Positions 1-11,321 of a DNA stretch of 64,000 nt are shown piece by piece. The first letter of the stretch is position 1, and every line of letters starts with the position of its first letter. Source of the DNA: an uncultured Methylomirabilota bacterium. GTDB taxonomy: Bacteria; Methylomirabilota; Methylomirabilia; Methylomirabilales; 2-02-FULL-66-22. The DNA lies in assembly GCA_963845565.1 (NCBI GenBank), contig CAWJSJ010000002.1, positions 2,656,001-2,720,000 of the forward strand, given 5' to 3'. The notes beneath the pieces were generated by a model. The model saw nothing but the letters and a program-made list of their open reading frames with translations, was not told the origin of the DNA and did no database searches. A program made the position numbers and the translations under genes.

Positions 1-1
1 C

Positions 2-316
2 GGTTTCGAGCCGCTCACGGCGATCGACGGGCCCACCGGTGTCGAGATGGCTAAGCGGGAGCGCCCAGAGGTCATCCTGGTGGACGTGATGATGCCGAGG
101 GTGAGCGGGTTCGAGGTCTGTCGACGCCTGCGCGCCGAACCGGAGTTGGCCACAACGCCGATCATCATCATGACGGCGATGATGGACCCCGCCTTGAAGG
201 AGAAGGGGCTTGAGGCGGGGGCAGACCTGGCCATCCCGAAGCCATTCGATCCCATGCAGATCGTGACGATTCTGAACAACGCGCTGGTCCTCGCATCCAA
301 GCGGCGCAAGCGGTGA
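2..316 (+). CDS. Response regulator receiver (CheY-like) protein, 5'-truncated by window edge
   Basis: Frame open from base 2 (GFEPLTAIDGPTGVEM...); VILVDVMMP phospho-acceptor Asp, IIIMTA and KPF motifs. Confidence 0.9.
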   Translation, partial: GFEPLTAIDGPTGVEMAKRERPEVILVDVMMPRVSGFEVCRRLRAEPELATTPIIIMTAMMDPALKEKGLEAGADLAIPKPFDPMQIVTILNNALVLASKRRKR

Positions 317-323
317 GACCGGC

Positions 324-860
324 ATGAGGGCCTGGGCCTGCGCGATTGTCATCGCGGTCACCGTGGCGGCATGCGGTCCGACGGTCTATGAGCAGCGTAC
401 CGCTCGCATCCAGGCGCTTCAACTCGATCTCGATGCGGCCCTGGAGCGATGGCGGGCGGAGGTGAGTCTCAGGAAATTTTCCACGAGCGCCGAGGCGACG
501 CGCGACCTGGCGTCGCGCTATGAGGATGTGTATGCGCGCTGGGGGTTGCGCGCCGATCCGCTGACACAGGCGATTCTGGCCTACGCCGCTGCGTTGGCGG
601 TGCGAGTGGATCGACGCGGAATCCTGTCGGAGGAGGCGAACGCGCTCCTCGGAAAGATGCGCGCGGACCTGGACCGGGAACGGCCTACGTTGGCGGCACG
701 GCATCCCAACACTCAAGCGGAACGGGACGCCGCCATGCTGGCGTGGTGGAACGAGTACTGGACCGCGCAACGGCAGGCCTTTCTGGCGGTCGCCGGAGAC
801 CCGGTGATTTGCCGAACCGCCCCCGCAGCAGCGACGGGCGCGGCGGTGGTGTGTTTCTGA
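324..860 (+). CDS. Hypothetical lipoprotein
   Basis: Signal peptide with lipobox VAAC; helical body; starts 7 bp after the upstream stop. Confidence 0.7.
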   Translation: MRAWACAIVIAVTVAACGPTVYEQRTARIQALQLDLDAALERWRAEVSLRKFSTSAEATRDLASRYEDVYARWGLRADPLTQAILAYAAALAVRVDRRGILSEEANALLGKMRADLDRERPTLAARHPNTQAERDAAMLAWWNEYWTAQRQAFLAVAGDPVICRTAPAAATGAAVVCF

Positions 861-983
861 TTCCTCCAGACCTGCAGTTCCTACCGAATTGGTGGTGGAG
901 TCGTCGGCCACTGCGCCCGTTGGGCCTTGGGGCTTTGGGCCAGGCAACACCCATCACAACGTGGTACCGGCCGGTTCTGCTGT

Positions 984-996
984 GACAAAAATTGTC
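984..996. promoter_or_regulatory. Candidate upstream activator site for a sigma54 enhancer-binding protein (PilR-like)
   Basis: Inverted repeat GACAA-AAA-TTGTC about 170 bp upstream of the sigma54 motif, followed by an AT-rich tract. Confidence 0.45.
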
Positions 997-1162
997 GGCT
1001 GATACGATTCTTTGCATTCAGCGTGTTGCGGCTTGCCGTTTTCCTGCGATCGTTTTTCTCTGTATTGTTTGGTTTATATGTGTCACGTAAAATGTTAATT
1101 TCAAATGGAAATATAATACTATTCGTGTTATGTGTTCGACCGAGTTTTTCGGGAATATAGGC

Positions 1163-1178
1163 TGGCACAAATGCTGCT
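1163..1178 (+). promoter_or_regulatory. Sigma54 (-24/-12) promoter of the pilin gene
   Basis: TGGCACAAATGCTGCT, correct GG-N10-GC spacing, about 100 bp upstream of the pilin start. Confidence 0.8.
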
Positions 1179-1280
1179 AATTTCTCCAGTGTTTTTCGAT
1201 GTGCCACATCTGTGAGATAGCTCAAAGGGAAAATGCGGAAAAGACAGTCGTCTTCCCAACAGGTAACCGGGAGAGGAGAC

Positions 1281-1739
1281 ATGGGGATGCGCCCGCCCCG
1301 ACGGCGAGGTTGCGCAGGGTTCACGCTGATCGAGTTACTCATCGTGGTCGTGATTATCGGCCTTCTCGCGAGCATCGCGATCCCCAATCTTTTGAGCGCG
1401 CACCGAAAGGCCCGCTATTCCCGGGCTGCGTCAGATTCGAAAACGCTCGTGACGCAGGCCATCGTGTATGGCAACGATCGGAACAAATACCCGACATCCG
1501 TGGCAGCGTTGCGTGTCGGCGGATACACCAATGTTGCCGACGTGGATACTTGGGGTATTCCGTGGCAGCTTTCCCCCTCGTTGCTGTCCGGTCAAGCGGC
1601 GGGCGCAAACGATGATGTGTACATGTACAGCAAGGGGGCGAACGGCACGGGGGCGTACCCGGTGCCGTTCGTCTCAAACACCGGACTGAGTGGCTCTGTC
1701 GGGTACTCGTCGGTCTACGGCTCCTGGACCGGAAATTGA
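1281..1739 (+). CDS. Type IV pilin / prepilin-type N-methylation protein (probable major pilin)
   Basis: Class III signal G|FTLIELLIVVVIIGLLASIAIP; AGGAG Shine-Dalgarno before ATG 1281. Confidence 0.88.
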   Translation: MGMRPPRRRGCAGFTLIELLIVVVIIGLLASIAIPNLLSAHRKARYSRAASDSKTLVTQAIVYGNDRNKYPTSVAALRVGGYTNVADVDTWGIPWQLSPSLLSGQAAGANDDVYMYSKGANGTGAYPVPFVSNTGLSGSVGYSSVYGSWTGN

Positions 1740-2014
1740 TCCCCGCCCGTCGAACCCCGCGCCCATTCTCTGGTTCCTTTTCGTTTTAGTCACCCTCATT
1801 TCGTAGGTCCCCGCTGTCCGGGTCTTGGGGATGCGTCCCCGTTCTGGCCTGGACGCCCGGGCGTCCGTTCGCGGTACCTTGTCCGTTCAGACGGCACCTG
1901 GGCGTTTCTTGCTGGACTGGGCGGGTGACCCAGAGTAATCTACGCCACCGTGTCAATGGCCGACGTCCGGTTCGGCAGTCAGAATCTTCGGAAAGGGCAC
2001 AGAAGGAGAGAGGG

Positions 2015-2803
2015 ATGAGCCAATTGTTTGAGAATCGCGTGAAGCACCTGATCAAGGCCGGTAAGAAGACCGCCGGCGCCTGGGCGCAACTCTGCAGCCC
2101 GCTGTCCGCCGAGTGTTTGGCTCGAGGTGGTTTCGACTGGATCCTGATCGACATGGAACACGCCGGCGGGGACGTCCTGACGCTGGTGTCGCAGTGCCAG
2201 GCCATCGCGGCCGCAGGCACGGGGGCCGTTCCTCTCGTGCGGGTTCCCTGGAACGACCTGGTCTGGATCAAGCGAATTCTGGATGCCGGTGCCTATGGCC
2301 TGATGATCCCCTATGTGAACACCAAGGACGAGGCGGTACGGGCTCTGCAAGCCTGCAAGTATCCCCCGCAGGGGATTCGCGGAATCGCCGGGAGCATCCG
2401 GGCGGCCGGGTACGGTCGCGACACAAGCAGTTACCTCAAGCGGGCGAACGACGAGCTCTTCATCATGCTCCAGGTGGAAACCCTGCAGGCCATCGAGAAC
2501 ATGGAAGAGATCGCCACCGTCCCCGGGATCGATGCCCTCTTTATCGGGCCGATGGACCTCTCCACCTCCATGGGACACTTCGGCAACCCGGCGCATCCCG
2601 AAGTCCAGGCGGCGATCGCCAAAGCCGAGTCCAAGGCGAAGAAGCTCGGCCTGCCGCTGGGAACCATCTCGGGCGGTTGGGACCAGGCCAAGGCCCTCTA
2701 CGATCGCGGGTACCAGCTCATCACGCTGCTCTCGGATTCGGTCCTGGTCTCCAAGGCGAGTGCAGACACCATGGCGAAATTCCGCGAGGTGTTTCCGGCG
2801 TAA
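2015..2803 (+). CDS. HpcH/HpaI family aldolase
   Basis: GFDWILIDMEH, RILDAGA, QVET and FIGPMDLS motifs; AAGGAG upstream. Confidence 0.92.
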   Translation: MSQLFENRVKHLIKAGKKTAGAWAQLCSPLSAECLARGGFDWILIDMEHAGGDVLTLVSQCQAIAAAGTGAVPLVRVPWNDLVWIKRILDAGAYGLMIPYVNTKDEAVRALQACKYPPQGIRGIAGSIRAAGYGRDTSSYLKRANDELFIMLQVETLQAIENMEEIATVPGIDALFIGPMDLSTSMGHFGNPAHPEVQAAIAKAESKAKKLGLPLGTISGGWDQAKALYDRGYQLITLLSDSVLVSKASADTMAKFREVFPA

Positions 2804-2983
2804 TGTGCCGGTGGTGACGATCCGGGACCTTCTGGCGGCCGGACGCCCTCCCCTGTTCGCGGAGACGGCGTCCGGCCGTTGCGTGACGGCACGCCGACCG
2901 CTTCGACGAAATCGTGTTGACAGCAGCGGGTCCCCCACGACATTCGGTCCCCTTGTTGTTGTGACATCGAGAACTCACGGCGT

Positions 2984-3823
2984 ATGCGTATCGATCTGCA
3001 CGTTCATACAACCGCCTCGGATGGCTTGCTGGAGCCGACAGCCCTCGTCCGGGCGGTCGAGGCGGCCGGCGTTCGGATTTTCAGCGTCGCGGATCATGAT
3101 ACCGTGGACGGCCTGGACGAGGCGAAGCGCGCGGCGGACGCCGCGGGTCTCACCTTGATCCCGGGTGTGGAACTGAGTGCGTACTGGCGCACGGTGGAAT
3201 TCCACATCCTCGGCTACTTCATCGATCCTGCCGGCGCCGCGCTACGGGCGTTCCTCGCGAACACCCGGGAAGCGCGCCAGGTTCGCCTGCACGCCATGAT
3301 CACCCGGTTGCAGGCAATGGGGATGGGTGTCTCGGCGGACGACGTGCTGACGCGGGCCAGGGACGGCAACGTGGGACGCCCGCATCTGGCGCGCACACTC
3401 GTGGAGCGCGGCTTCGTGGGCAGTACCGATGAGGCCTTCGCGCGCTACCTCGGCGCGGACCGGCCGGCCTACGTCCCGCGCCCGGACGTCTCCGTCCAGC
3501 AAGCCATCGACGCGATCCGGGGCGCGGGCGGCATCGCATCCTTGGCCCATCCGGGGCTCCACGACCGGGACGAGGCGATTCCCGATCTGGTGGCGGCGGG
3601 CCTGGCGGCTATCGAGGTCTATCACCCGCACCACGCCTTCGGGCGCGCGGGGCGGTACCGGCGACTGGCGCGGCGATACGGCTTGCTGGTGACCGGCGGG
3701 TCGGATTTTCATGGAGCAGGGGTTGGGGATCATGCCTCCCTGCCGGGCGTTCCCTGTTTACCGGAAGCCGACTACGCGCTGCTGCTGGACGCCTCCCGCA
3801 CGCGACGACCCCTTCCTGTCTGA
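2984..3823 (+). CDS. PHP-domain metal-dependent phosphoesterase (TrpH/YciV-like)
   Basis: DLHVHTTASDG, DHD, HILGY, LAHP and GGSDFHG motifs. Confidence 0.92.
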   Translation: MRIDLHVHTTASDGLLEPTALVRAVEAAGVRIFSVADHDTVDGLDEAKRAADAAGLTLIPGVELSAYWRTVEFHILGYFIDPAGAALRAFLANTREARQVRLHAMITRLQAMGMGVSADDVLTRARDGNVGRPHLARTLVERGFVGSTDEAFARYLGADRPAYVPRPDVSVQQAIDAIRGAGGIASLAHPGLHDRDEAIPDLVAAGLAAIEVYHPHHAFGRAGRYRRLARRYGLLVTGGSDFHGAGVGDHASLPGVPCLPEADYALLLDASRTRRPLPV

Positions 3824-3914
3824 AGCTACCATCCCCCCCATCGGCGTCTGCCGATTACCGCGCACCGCGCGGAAAATCCACGAGTTACGGCTCTGCGAGG
3901 CCGGCGTGCTTGGC

Positions 3915-3943
3915 TTGCCAGCGCCCGACTAATCCAGTATGAT
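3915..3943 (+). promoter_or_regulatory. Sigma70-type promoter of the ahb-ccm-mqn operon
   Basis: TTGCCA-N17-TATGAT. Confidence 0.65.
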
Positions 3944-3989
3944 CGCCCAATCCTTTCGGGGGGAGCATGGTCGAGGATGGGGTGTCTTC

Positions 3990-5036
3990 ATGGATGACCG
4001 CGACAAGCGGTTGCTGAACGCGATCCAGGCGGATTTCCCGCTGCGTGCTCGACCTTTCCATATCCTCGGAACGGCCCTGGGCCTCGCCGAGGCGGAGGTT
4101 ATCGCGCGCCTCGGCGAGTATAAGCGACAGAGGTTGCTGCGGCAGATCGGCGGCATCTTCGACACGCGCAGTCTGGGCTATCAGAGCAGCCTGGTTGCGA
4201 TGCGGGTCCGGCCCGACCGGCTGGAGGCGGCGGCCCAGGTGGTGAACCAGCATCCCGGCGTGAGCCACAATTACGAGCGGAACCACGAGTTCAACCTGTG
4301 GTTCACGGTCGCCGTCCCCTCCGGAAGCGATCTCCCTTGGACGGTTGACCGGCTGCATGAGATGGCGGGAGCGGAATCCACGCGCATGCTGCCGACGCTC
4401 CGCCTCTTCAAGATCGGCGTGCAGTTCGACATGGAAGGCAAGAGCGGCGCCGAGCGTAGCGAGGCGGCATACAGCGACGCCCGGCGGCCCACGGCGGGGC
4501 CGGACGGCCTGCGTCCTGTGGACATCGCCGTCATCCGGGAACTTCAGGAGGATCTGCCCTTGCTGCCGCAGCCCTTTGCGCCGATGGCGGAGCGGGTTGG
4601 GATCGCCGAGGAGGAGTTCTTCGCGGTGGCAGGTCGCCTCAAGGCGCACGGCTACATGCGCCGGATGGCCGCCGTGCTCCGCCACCGCGAGGCCGGTTTC
4701 CGGGCGAACGCTATGGGGGTGTGGGTGGTGCCCGCCGAGCGGGCGGAAGAGGTTGGCCGAATCATGGGCAGCTTCACGGGGGTGAGCCACTGCTACCTCC
4801 GCCCCACCTATCCCGACTGGCCGTACAGCATCTTCACGATGGTGCACGGGCACCATGACCAGGACTGTCAGGAGGTCTTCGACGCCATCGCCCGAGCGAC
4901 AGCCATCGGCGAGTACGCCTTGCTGTACAGCACCAAGGAGTACAAGAAGATCCGGCTGCGGTACTTCACGCCCGAGGTGGCGGCGTGGGAGGCGGATGTC
5001 CGCCGGTCGCTCGCGTCGGCGGCGGCCCGGTCGTAA
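3990..5036 (+). CDS. ahbAB: Fused siroheme decarboxylase AhbA/AhbB (NirDL-like, two Lrp/AsnC-type modules)
   Basis: Two modules with VSHNYER..NLWFT and VSHCYLRP..WPYSIFTMVH motifs. Confidence 0.85.
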   Translation: MDDRDKRLLNAIQADFPLRARPFHILGTALGLAEAEVIARLGEYKRQRLLRQIGGIFDTRSLGYQSSLVAMRVRPDRLEAAAQVVNQHPGVSHNYERNHEFNLWFTVAVPSGSDLPWTVDRLHEMAGAESTRMLPTLRLFKIGVQFDMEGKSGAERSEAAYSDARRPTAGPDGLRPVDIAVIRELQEDLPLLPQPFAPMAERVGIAEEEFFAVAGRLKAHGYMRRMAAVLRHREAGFRANAMGVWVVPAERAEEVGRIMGSFTGVSHCYLRPTYPDWPYSIFTMVHGHHDQDCQEVFDAIARATAIGEYALLYSTKEYKKIRLRYFTPEVAAWEADVRRSLASAAARS

Positions 5037-5039
5037 CCG

Positions 5040-5807
5040 ATGCTCCAGGACATCGCAGGGCGACAAGAGACCAGGGAGAGCCCGCCGGCCGTCGACGTGC
5101 AGGGCCTGACCAAGGTCTTCGGGTCGACGCTGGCCCTGGACGCGGTGGATCTGTTCGCCGGCCGGGGGGAGGTGGTGGCGCTGCTTGGCCCCAACGGCGC
5201 CGGAAAGACGACCTTGCTGAAGCTTTTGTCCACGGCGCTCAAGCCCTCGGCCGGCGGCGGCCGCATCCTGGGCGAAGACCTCCTGACCGGGCGTGATCCG
5301 ATCCGGCGGCGGATCGGCATGATCTCGCACAATCACCACCTGTACGAGGAGCTGACGGCGGAGGAGAACCTGCGCTTCGCGGCCACCATGCGCGGGATTC
5401 GCCCCGACCGGAGCCGGATCCGGAAGGCGCTGGCCGACGTGGGGCTGGAGACGCAAGCGGTCTGGAAGGTTCGGACCTACAGCACGGGTATGAAGCGGCG
5501 GCTGGTGATCGGCAAGATGCTCCTCTTCGACCCCGAGCTTCTGTTCCTGGACGAGCCTCACAACACGCTGGATCAGGCCGCTATCGCGCTGCTCAACGGC
5601 TATGTGGCGTCGGTCCGGGCTCGGGGCGGGTCGGCGATCGTGGCCACGCATAACCTGAGCCGGGCGTACGACATGGCGGATCGGTTCGTCCTCATGCGCG
5701 AGGGCGCCGTGAGCCGCCGGGTCGAGAAGTCCGGTCTGTCAATGGAGCAGTTGCGGGCGCTCTACACGCGGCATGCGGAGAACGGCGAGGAAGAGCCGAG
5801 AGGGTAG
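5040..5807 (+). CDS. ccmA: Heme ABC exporter ATP-binding subunit CcmA
   Basis: Walker A GPNGAGKT, YSTGMKRR signature, LFLDEP; first gene of the ccm cluster. Confidence 0.88.
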   Translation: MLQDIAGRQETRESPPAVDVQGLTKVFGSTLALDAVDLFAGRGEVVALLGPNGAGKTTLLKLLSTALKPSAGGGRILGEDLLTGRDPIRRRIGMISHNHHLYEELTAEENLRFAATMRGIRPDRSRIRKALADVGLETQAVWKVRTYSTGMKRRLVIGKMLLFDPELLFLDEPHNTLDQAAIALLNGYVASVRARGGSAIVATHNLSRAYDMADRFVLMREGAVSRRVEKSGLSMEQLRALYTRHAENGEEEPRG

Positions 5808-5872
5808 AGCCGAGAGCCGAGCGTGTAGAGAGACGAACCGGCGGCCAACGGCCGAGAGCGGGGCGACGCGCG

Positions 5873-6559
5873 ATGGTGGTGGCGGAGGTGATGCGGCGTA
5901 CCTGGGCCATGACGTGGAAGGACGTCCGGGTGGAGCTCCGCGCCCGCGAGCGCATGAACGCCATGCTGTTCTTTGCGGGGCTAGTGCTGTTCATTTTCAA
6001 CTTCGCCCTGGGGCCCGATCTGGAGAGGCTGCGCGACGCGGCGCCGGGGCTGCTGTGGCTGGCCTTCCTGTTCACCGGAATGCTCGGCCTGGGTCGGAGC
6101 TTCCAAGCCGAGCGCGAGAACGAGTGCTTCGAAGAGCTCTTGCTCACCCCCGGGGATCGGGAATCGCTCTACTTCGGCAAGCTGGCGGGGAACATCCTTT
6201 TCATGGTGATGGCCGAACTCCTGATCCTTCCGCTCTTCGCGATCCTCTACAACCTGGACATCTGGAGTCGGTTGCCGGGGCTGGTGCTGGTGGCGGTGCT
6301 GGGGACGATCGGCTTCTCGACCATTGGGACGCTGCTGGCGGCCATGACGGCGCATCTGCGGGCCCGCGAGGTGATGCTGCCGCTGCTCCTGTTCCCGCTC
6401 ACCGTCCCGGTGATCCTGGGGTCCGTGCGGGCCACCGAGGCGCTCCTGAACGGTCCGGGGCTGGTCGAGGTCGGCCACTGGCTGAAGCTGCTGGTGGGCT
6501 TCGACGTAGTCTTTCTGGTGGTCTGCCCGCTCCTGTTCGAGTTTGTGTTGGAGGAATGA
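5873..6559 (+). CDS. ccmB: Heme exporter protein CcmB
   Basis: KDVRVELR, PGLLWLAFLF, REVMLPLLLFPL; multi-TM. Confidence 0.92.
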   Translation: MVVAEVMRRTWAMTWKDVRVELRARERMNAMLFFAGLVLFIFNFALGPDLERLRDAAPGLLWLAFLFTGMLGLGRSFQAERENECFEELLLTPGDRESLYFGKLAGNILFMVMAELLILPLFAILYNLDIWSRLPGLVLVAVLGTIGFSTIGTLLAAMTAHLRAREVMLPLLLFPLTVPVILGSVRATEALLNGPGLVEVGHWLKLLVGFDVVFLVVCPLLFEFVLEE

Positions 6560-7251
6560 TGAGTCGTCCGCTTGTCGTCACCCGCGTGGTGGGGGCGCTG
6601 GCCGGCGCGGTGCTGGCGGTCGGTCTCGGCTTGGCGTTCTTCGTCGTGCCGCCGGACGCGGTGCAGGGGGAGGTGCAGCGAATCATGTACCTCCACCTCG
6701 GGGCGGTCGCGGCGGCGTACTTCGCGTTCTTCGTGACGCTCCTGGCGAGCGTGCGGTACCTGTGGAAGCGGGACCTACGGGCGGACGCCGTGGCGGTCGC
6801 CTCGGCGGAAGTCGGCGTCCTGTTCACCGGCGTCGTCCTGGCCTCGGGGTCGATCTGGGGCAAGTCCACCTGGGGCGTCTGGTGGACGTGGGACGCGCGT
6901 CTCACGCTGACGGCCATCACGTTCACGATCTACGTCGGGTATCTGATGCTGCGAGCCTTTGCGGAGGAGCCGCAGGCGGCGGCCCGGTATGGCGCGGTAC
7001 TCGGCGTCCTGGGTTTCCTGGCGATTCCGCTGAATCACTTCGCCGTGCAATGGTGGCGCACGCTGCACCAGCCGTCCTCGATCATCCGGGCCGGTGGCCC
7101 GTCCATGGACCCCTTCATGCTGACGGTCGTCCTGGTGAACGTGTGCGGCATGCTGCTCTTGTATGGATACCTGCTCTTGGAGCGGTTTCGGCTGGAGCGC
7201 ATCCGACACCAGACGCTTCAGCTCCGCTTGACGCGAGGGCGCCGTGGGTAG
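6556..7251 (+). CDS. ccmC: Heme exporter / cytochrome c biogenesis protein CcmC
   Basis: RIMYLH, WWD motif WGKSTWGVWWTWDARLT, WRTLHQ; ATGA overlap with ccmB. Confidence 0.93.
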   Translation: MMSRPLVVTRVVGALAGAVLAVGLGLAFFVVPPDAVQGEVQRIMYLHLGAVAAAYFAFFVTLLASVRYLWKRDLRADAVAVASAEVGVLFTGVVLASGSIWGKSTWGVWWTWDARLTLTAITFTIYVGYLMLRAFAEEPQAAARYGAVLGVLGFLAIPLNHFAVQWWRTLHQPSSIIRAGGPSMDPFMLTVVLVNVCGMLLLYGYLLLERFRLERIRHQTLQLRLTRGRRG

Positions 7252-7390
7252 CTGGGGATTCATCGGGTTGGCGTATGGGATCGCTGCGATTGTGCTGACG
7301 GTGTATGTGGTTGGCCTGTTTGGCCGGCTGCGGGACGCTGGCCAAACCCTGACCGCGCTGGAGCGGGATGGGGGACGGAGCGCGCGATGA
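7244..7390 (+). CDS. ccmD: Heme exporter protein CcmD (not in ORF track)
   Basis: GTG-start 48-aa ORF MGSWGFIGLAYGIAAIVLTVYVVGLFGRLR..., one TM plus charged tail, overlapping ccmC stop and ccmE start. Confidence 0.75.
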   Translation: MGSWGFIGLAYGIAAIVLTVYVVGLFGRLRDAGQTLTALERDGGRSAR

Positions 7391-7838
7391 CAGGGCGACG
7401 AACCAAGTATCTGATCGCCGGAGGAATCGTGCTGGCGGCGCTGGCGGGGCTGGTCTATTCCGGCGTGAAGGAATCCATGGTGTACTTCTACACCCCCACC
7501 GAGGTGCGCGAAAAGACGGACGCGGTGCGCGGGAAGGCGCTGCGGGTGGGCGGCATGGTGGTGGAAGGGTCGGTCCGCTGGGACCCGCAGCAGGTGCTGC
7601 TGACGTTCGCGCTGACGGACGGACAGAGCAACGTGCCGGTGCGGCACCGGGGGACGGCCCCCGATCTGTTCAAGGAGGGGGCCGGCGCCGTGGTGGAAGG
7701 CACCTGGGCACCCGAAGGGTACCTCCGGTCCAGCAACATCATGGCGAAGCACTCGGAGGAGTACAAGGCGCCGACGCAGGCCGAGACGCTGGAGGGGAAG
7801 AAGGCCCTCTTCAAGTCGCTCCTGCCCGGGGAGAAGCG

Positions 7839-7842
<4 letters not shown>
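7387..7842 (+). CDS. ccmE: Heme chaperone CcmE
   Basis: YFYTPTE, LRVGGMV, PDLFKEG, heme-binding AKHSEEY. Confidence 0.95.
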
Positions 7843-9818
<1,976 letters not shown>

Positions 9819-9838
9819 AATCGGCGGTGGAGCAGTCC

Positions 9839-10363
9839 ATGACGTGGAAGAGGTTGCTGATTCCGCTGGCCAGCGTGCCGGTGATCCTGTTGCTGGCCTA
9901 CGGATTTCGGACGGACCCCAAGGCGATCCCATCGCCCCTGGTCAAGAAGCCGGCGCCGGAGTTCCGACTGACCGTGTTCGGAGGTGGAGAGATCTCCCTC
10001 GCCGGCCTGAAGGGGAAGCCGGCGGTGCTGAACTTTTGGGCTTCCTGGTGCTACCCCGCCTGCTACGAAGAGGCGCCGCTATTGGAGGCCACCTGGCGGA
10101 AGTTCAAAGACCAGGGGCTGATGGTGGTCGGCGTGGACATCCAGGATAAGGAGGCGAACGCGCTGGAATTCATCCAGCGGTTCGGATTCACCTTCCCGAA
10201 TGCACCCGATCCGGGGAGCAAGGTCTCGATCGACTACGGGGTGTACGGCGTGCCGGAGACGTTCTTCGTGGACCGCCATGGGCACATTGTCTACAAGCAT
10301 GTCGGCGCCCTGACGCCGGGGATTCTTGAGGCGCAGGTCCAGGCGCTGCTGAAGGGGAGCTGA
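9839..10363 (+). CDS. ccmG: Thiol:disulfide oxidoreductase CcmG/TlpA family (CxxxC active site)
   Basis: N-terminal TM, LNFWASWCYPAC, YGVYGVPETF. Confidence 0.88.
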   Translation: MTWKRLLIPLASVPVILLLAYGFRTDPKAIPSPLVKKPAPEFRLTVFGGGEISLAGLKGKPAVLNFWASWCYPACYEEAPLLEATWRKFKDQGLMVVGVDIQDKEANALEFIQRFGFTFPNAPDPGSKVSIDYGVYGVPETFFVDRHGHIVYKHVGALTPGILEAQVQALLKGS

Positions 10364-10364
10364 G

Positions 10365-10856
10365 ATGGCCTGGTGGGGTGCCCGCAGAATGAGACGAGGA
10401 GGTGGCTGGCCGGTGCGGCTGCTGCTGGCCACCGCGCTGCTGCTCGGACCGGCCGACGGTGCACACGCCGCTGGGTCCGACGTGGAAGATCGGGTGCGCG
10501 AGATCGCCTCGGAGCTCCGGTGTGTGGTGTGCCAGAACCTTTCCGTGGCGGATTCCCCGTCCGATCTGGCCAAGGAAATGCGGAACGTGGTCCGGGATCA
10601 GGTCCAGCAAGGCAAGAGCCGCGAAGAGGTGCAGGCCTACTTCGTCAGCCGGTACGGGGAGTATGTCCTGCTGGCGCCGCCGAAACGGGGGTTCAATCTG
10701 CTGGTCTGGGGACTGCCGTTCCTCGCCGTCTTGGCCGGCGGCGGGGTGGTGTACCTGGTGGCCCGTCGCTGGGCCGAGCAGAAGCCGGGCGTCCGGCCGA
10801 CGGTGGATCCCGTCTATGCCGAACGAGTGCGGCGCGAACTGAAGGATCGCGAATAG
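10365..10856 (+). CDS. ccmH: Cytochrome c biogenesis protein CcmH
   Basis: LRCVVCQN, RYGEYVLLAP, C-terminal TM; exact start uncertain. Confidence 0.92.
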   Translation: MAWWGARRMRRGGGWPVRLLLATALLLGPADGAHAAGSDVEDRVREIASELRCVVCQNLSVADSPSDLAKEMRNVVRDQVQQGKSREEVQAYFVSRYGEYVLLAPPKRGFNLLVWGLPFLAVLAGGGVVYLVARRWAEQKPGVRPTVDPVYAERVRRELKDRE

Positions 10857-10970
10857 GGATAGGCGGTTGGGCAACTGGGCAACTCGGAAGGGCGATATCG
10901 TAGCGACGGTGCGCCCAATGAACCAATTGCCTCACGGTCCAGTTTCCTTGACGGGGATACCGGAGAACGC

Positions 10971-11321
10971 ATGGCCATACTGATCGCACTCGGGATCGCG
11001 ATGGCGGCTGTCGGTTTCGTAGCGGCGCCCTTCTTCTTCGGCGCACGGCAGGGCGCCCGAGTGGCGACGGCGACGGCCGACGAGCAAGCGTCGCTGGACC
11101 TCCAGGAACTCATGGCCGAGAAAGAAACCGTCTACGCCGCCATCCAAGAGCTGGATTTCGACCTCCAGGCCGGCAAACTGTCCGTCGAGGACCATGGGAG
11201 CTTGCGGGAACGCAACGAGGAGCGAGCGGCAGCCGTGCTCAAGGCGATCGACGACCACACGGCGGCCACCGCTGCACCGCAGGCGTCACGGAAGGCCCGC
11301 CGGGAGAAGCGCCGGGGATGA
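10971..11321 (+). CDS. CcmI N-terminal-like small membrane protein
   Basis: N-terminal TM then IQELDFDLQAGKLSVEDH; position at the end of the ccm cluster. Confidence 0.6.
   Translation: MAILIALGIAMAAVGFVAAPFFFGARQGARVATATADEQASLDLQELMAEKETVYAAIQELDFDLQAGKLSVEDHGSLRERNEERAAAVLKAIDDHTAATAAPQASRKARREKRRG

Noticed and set aside
1851..1866. Perfect 16-bp palindrome GGACGCCCGGGCGTCC
   Set aside because: Single GC-rich occurrence with no U-tract or second copy; function unsupported
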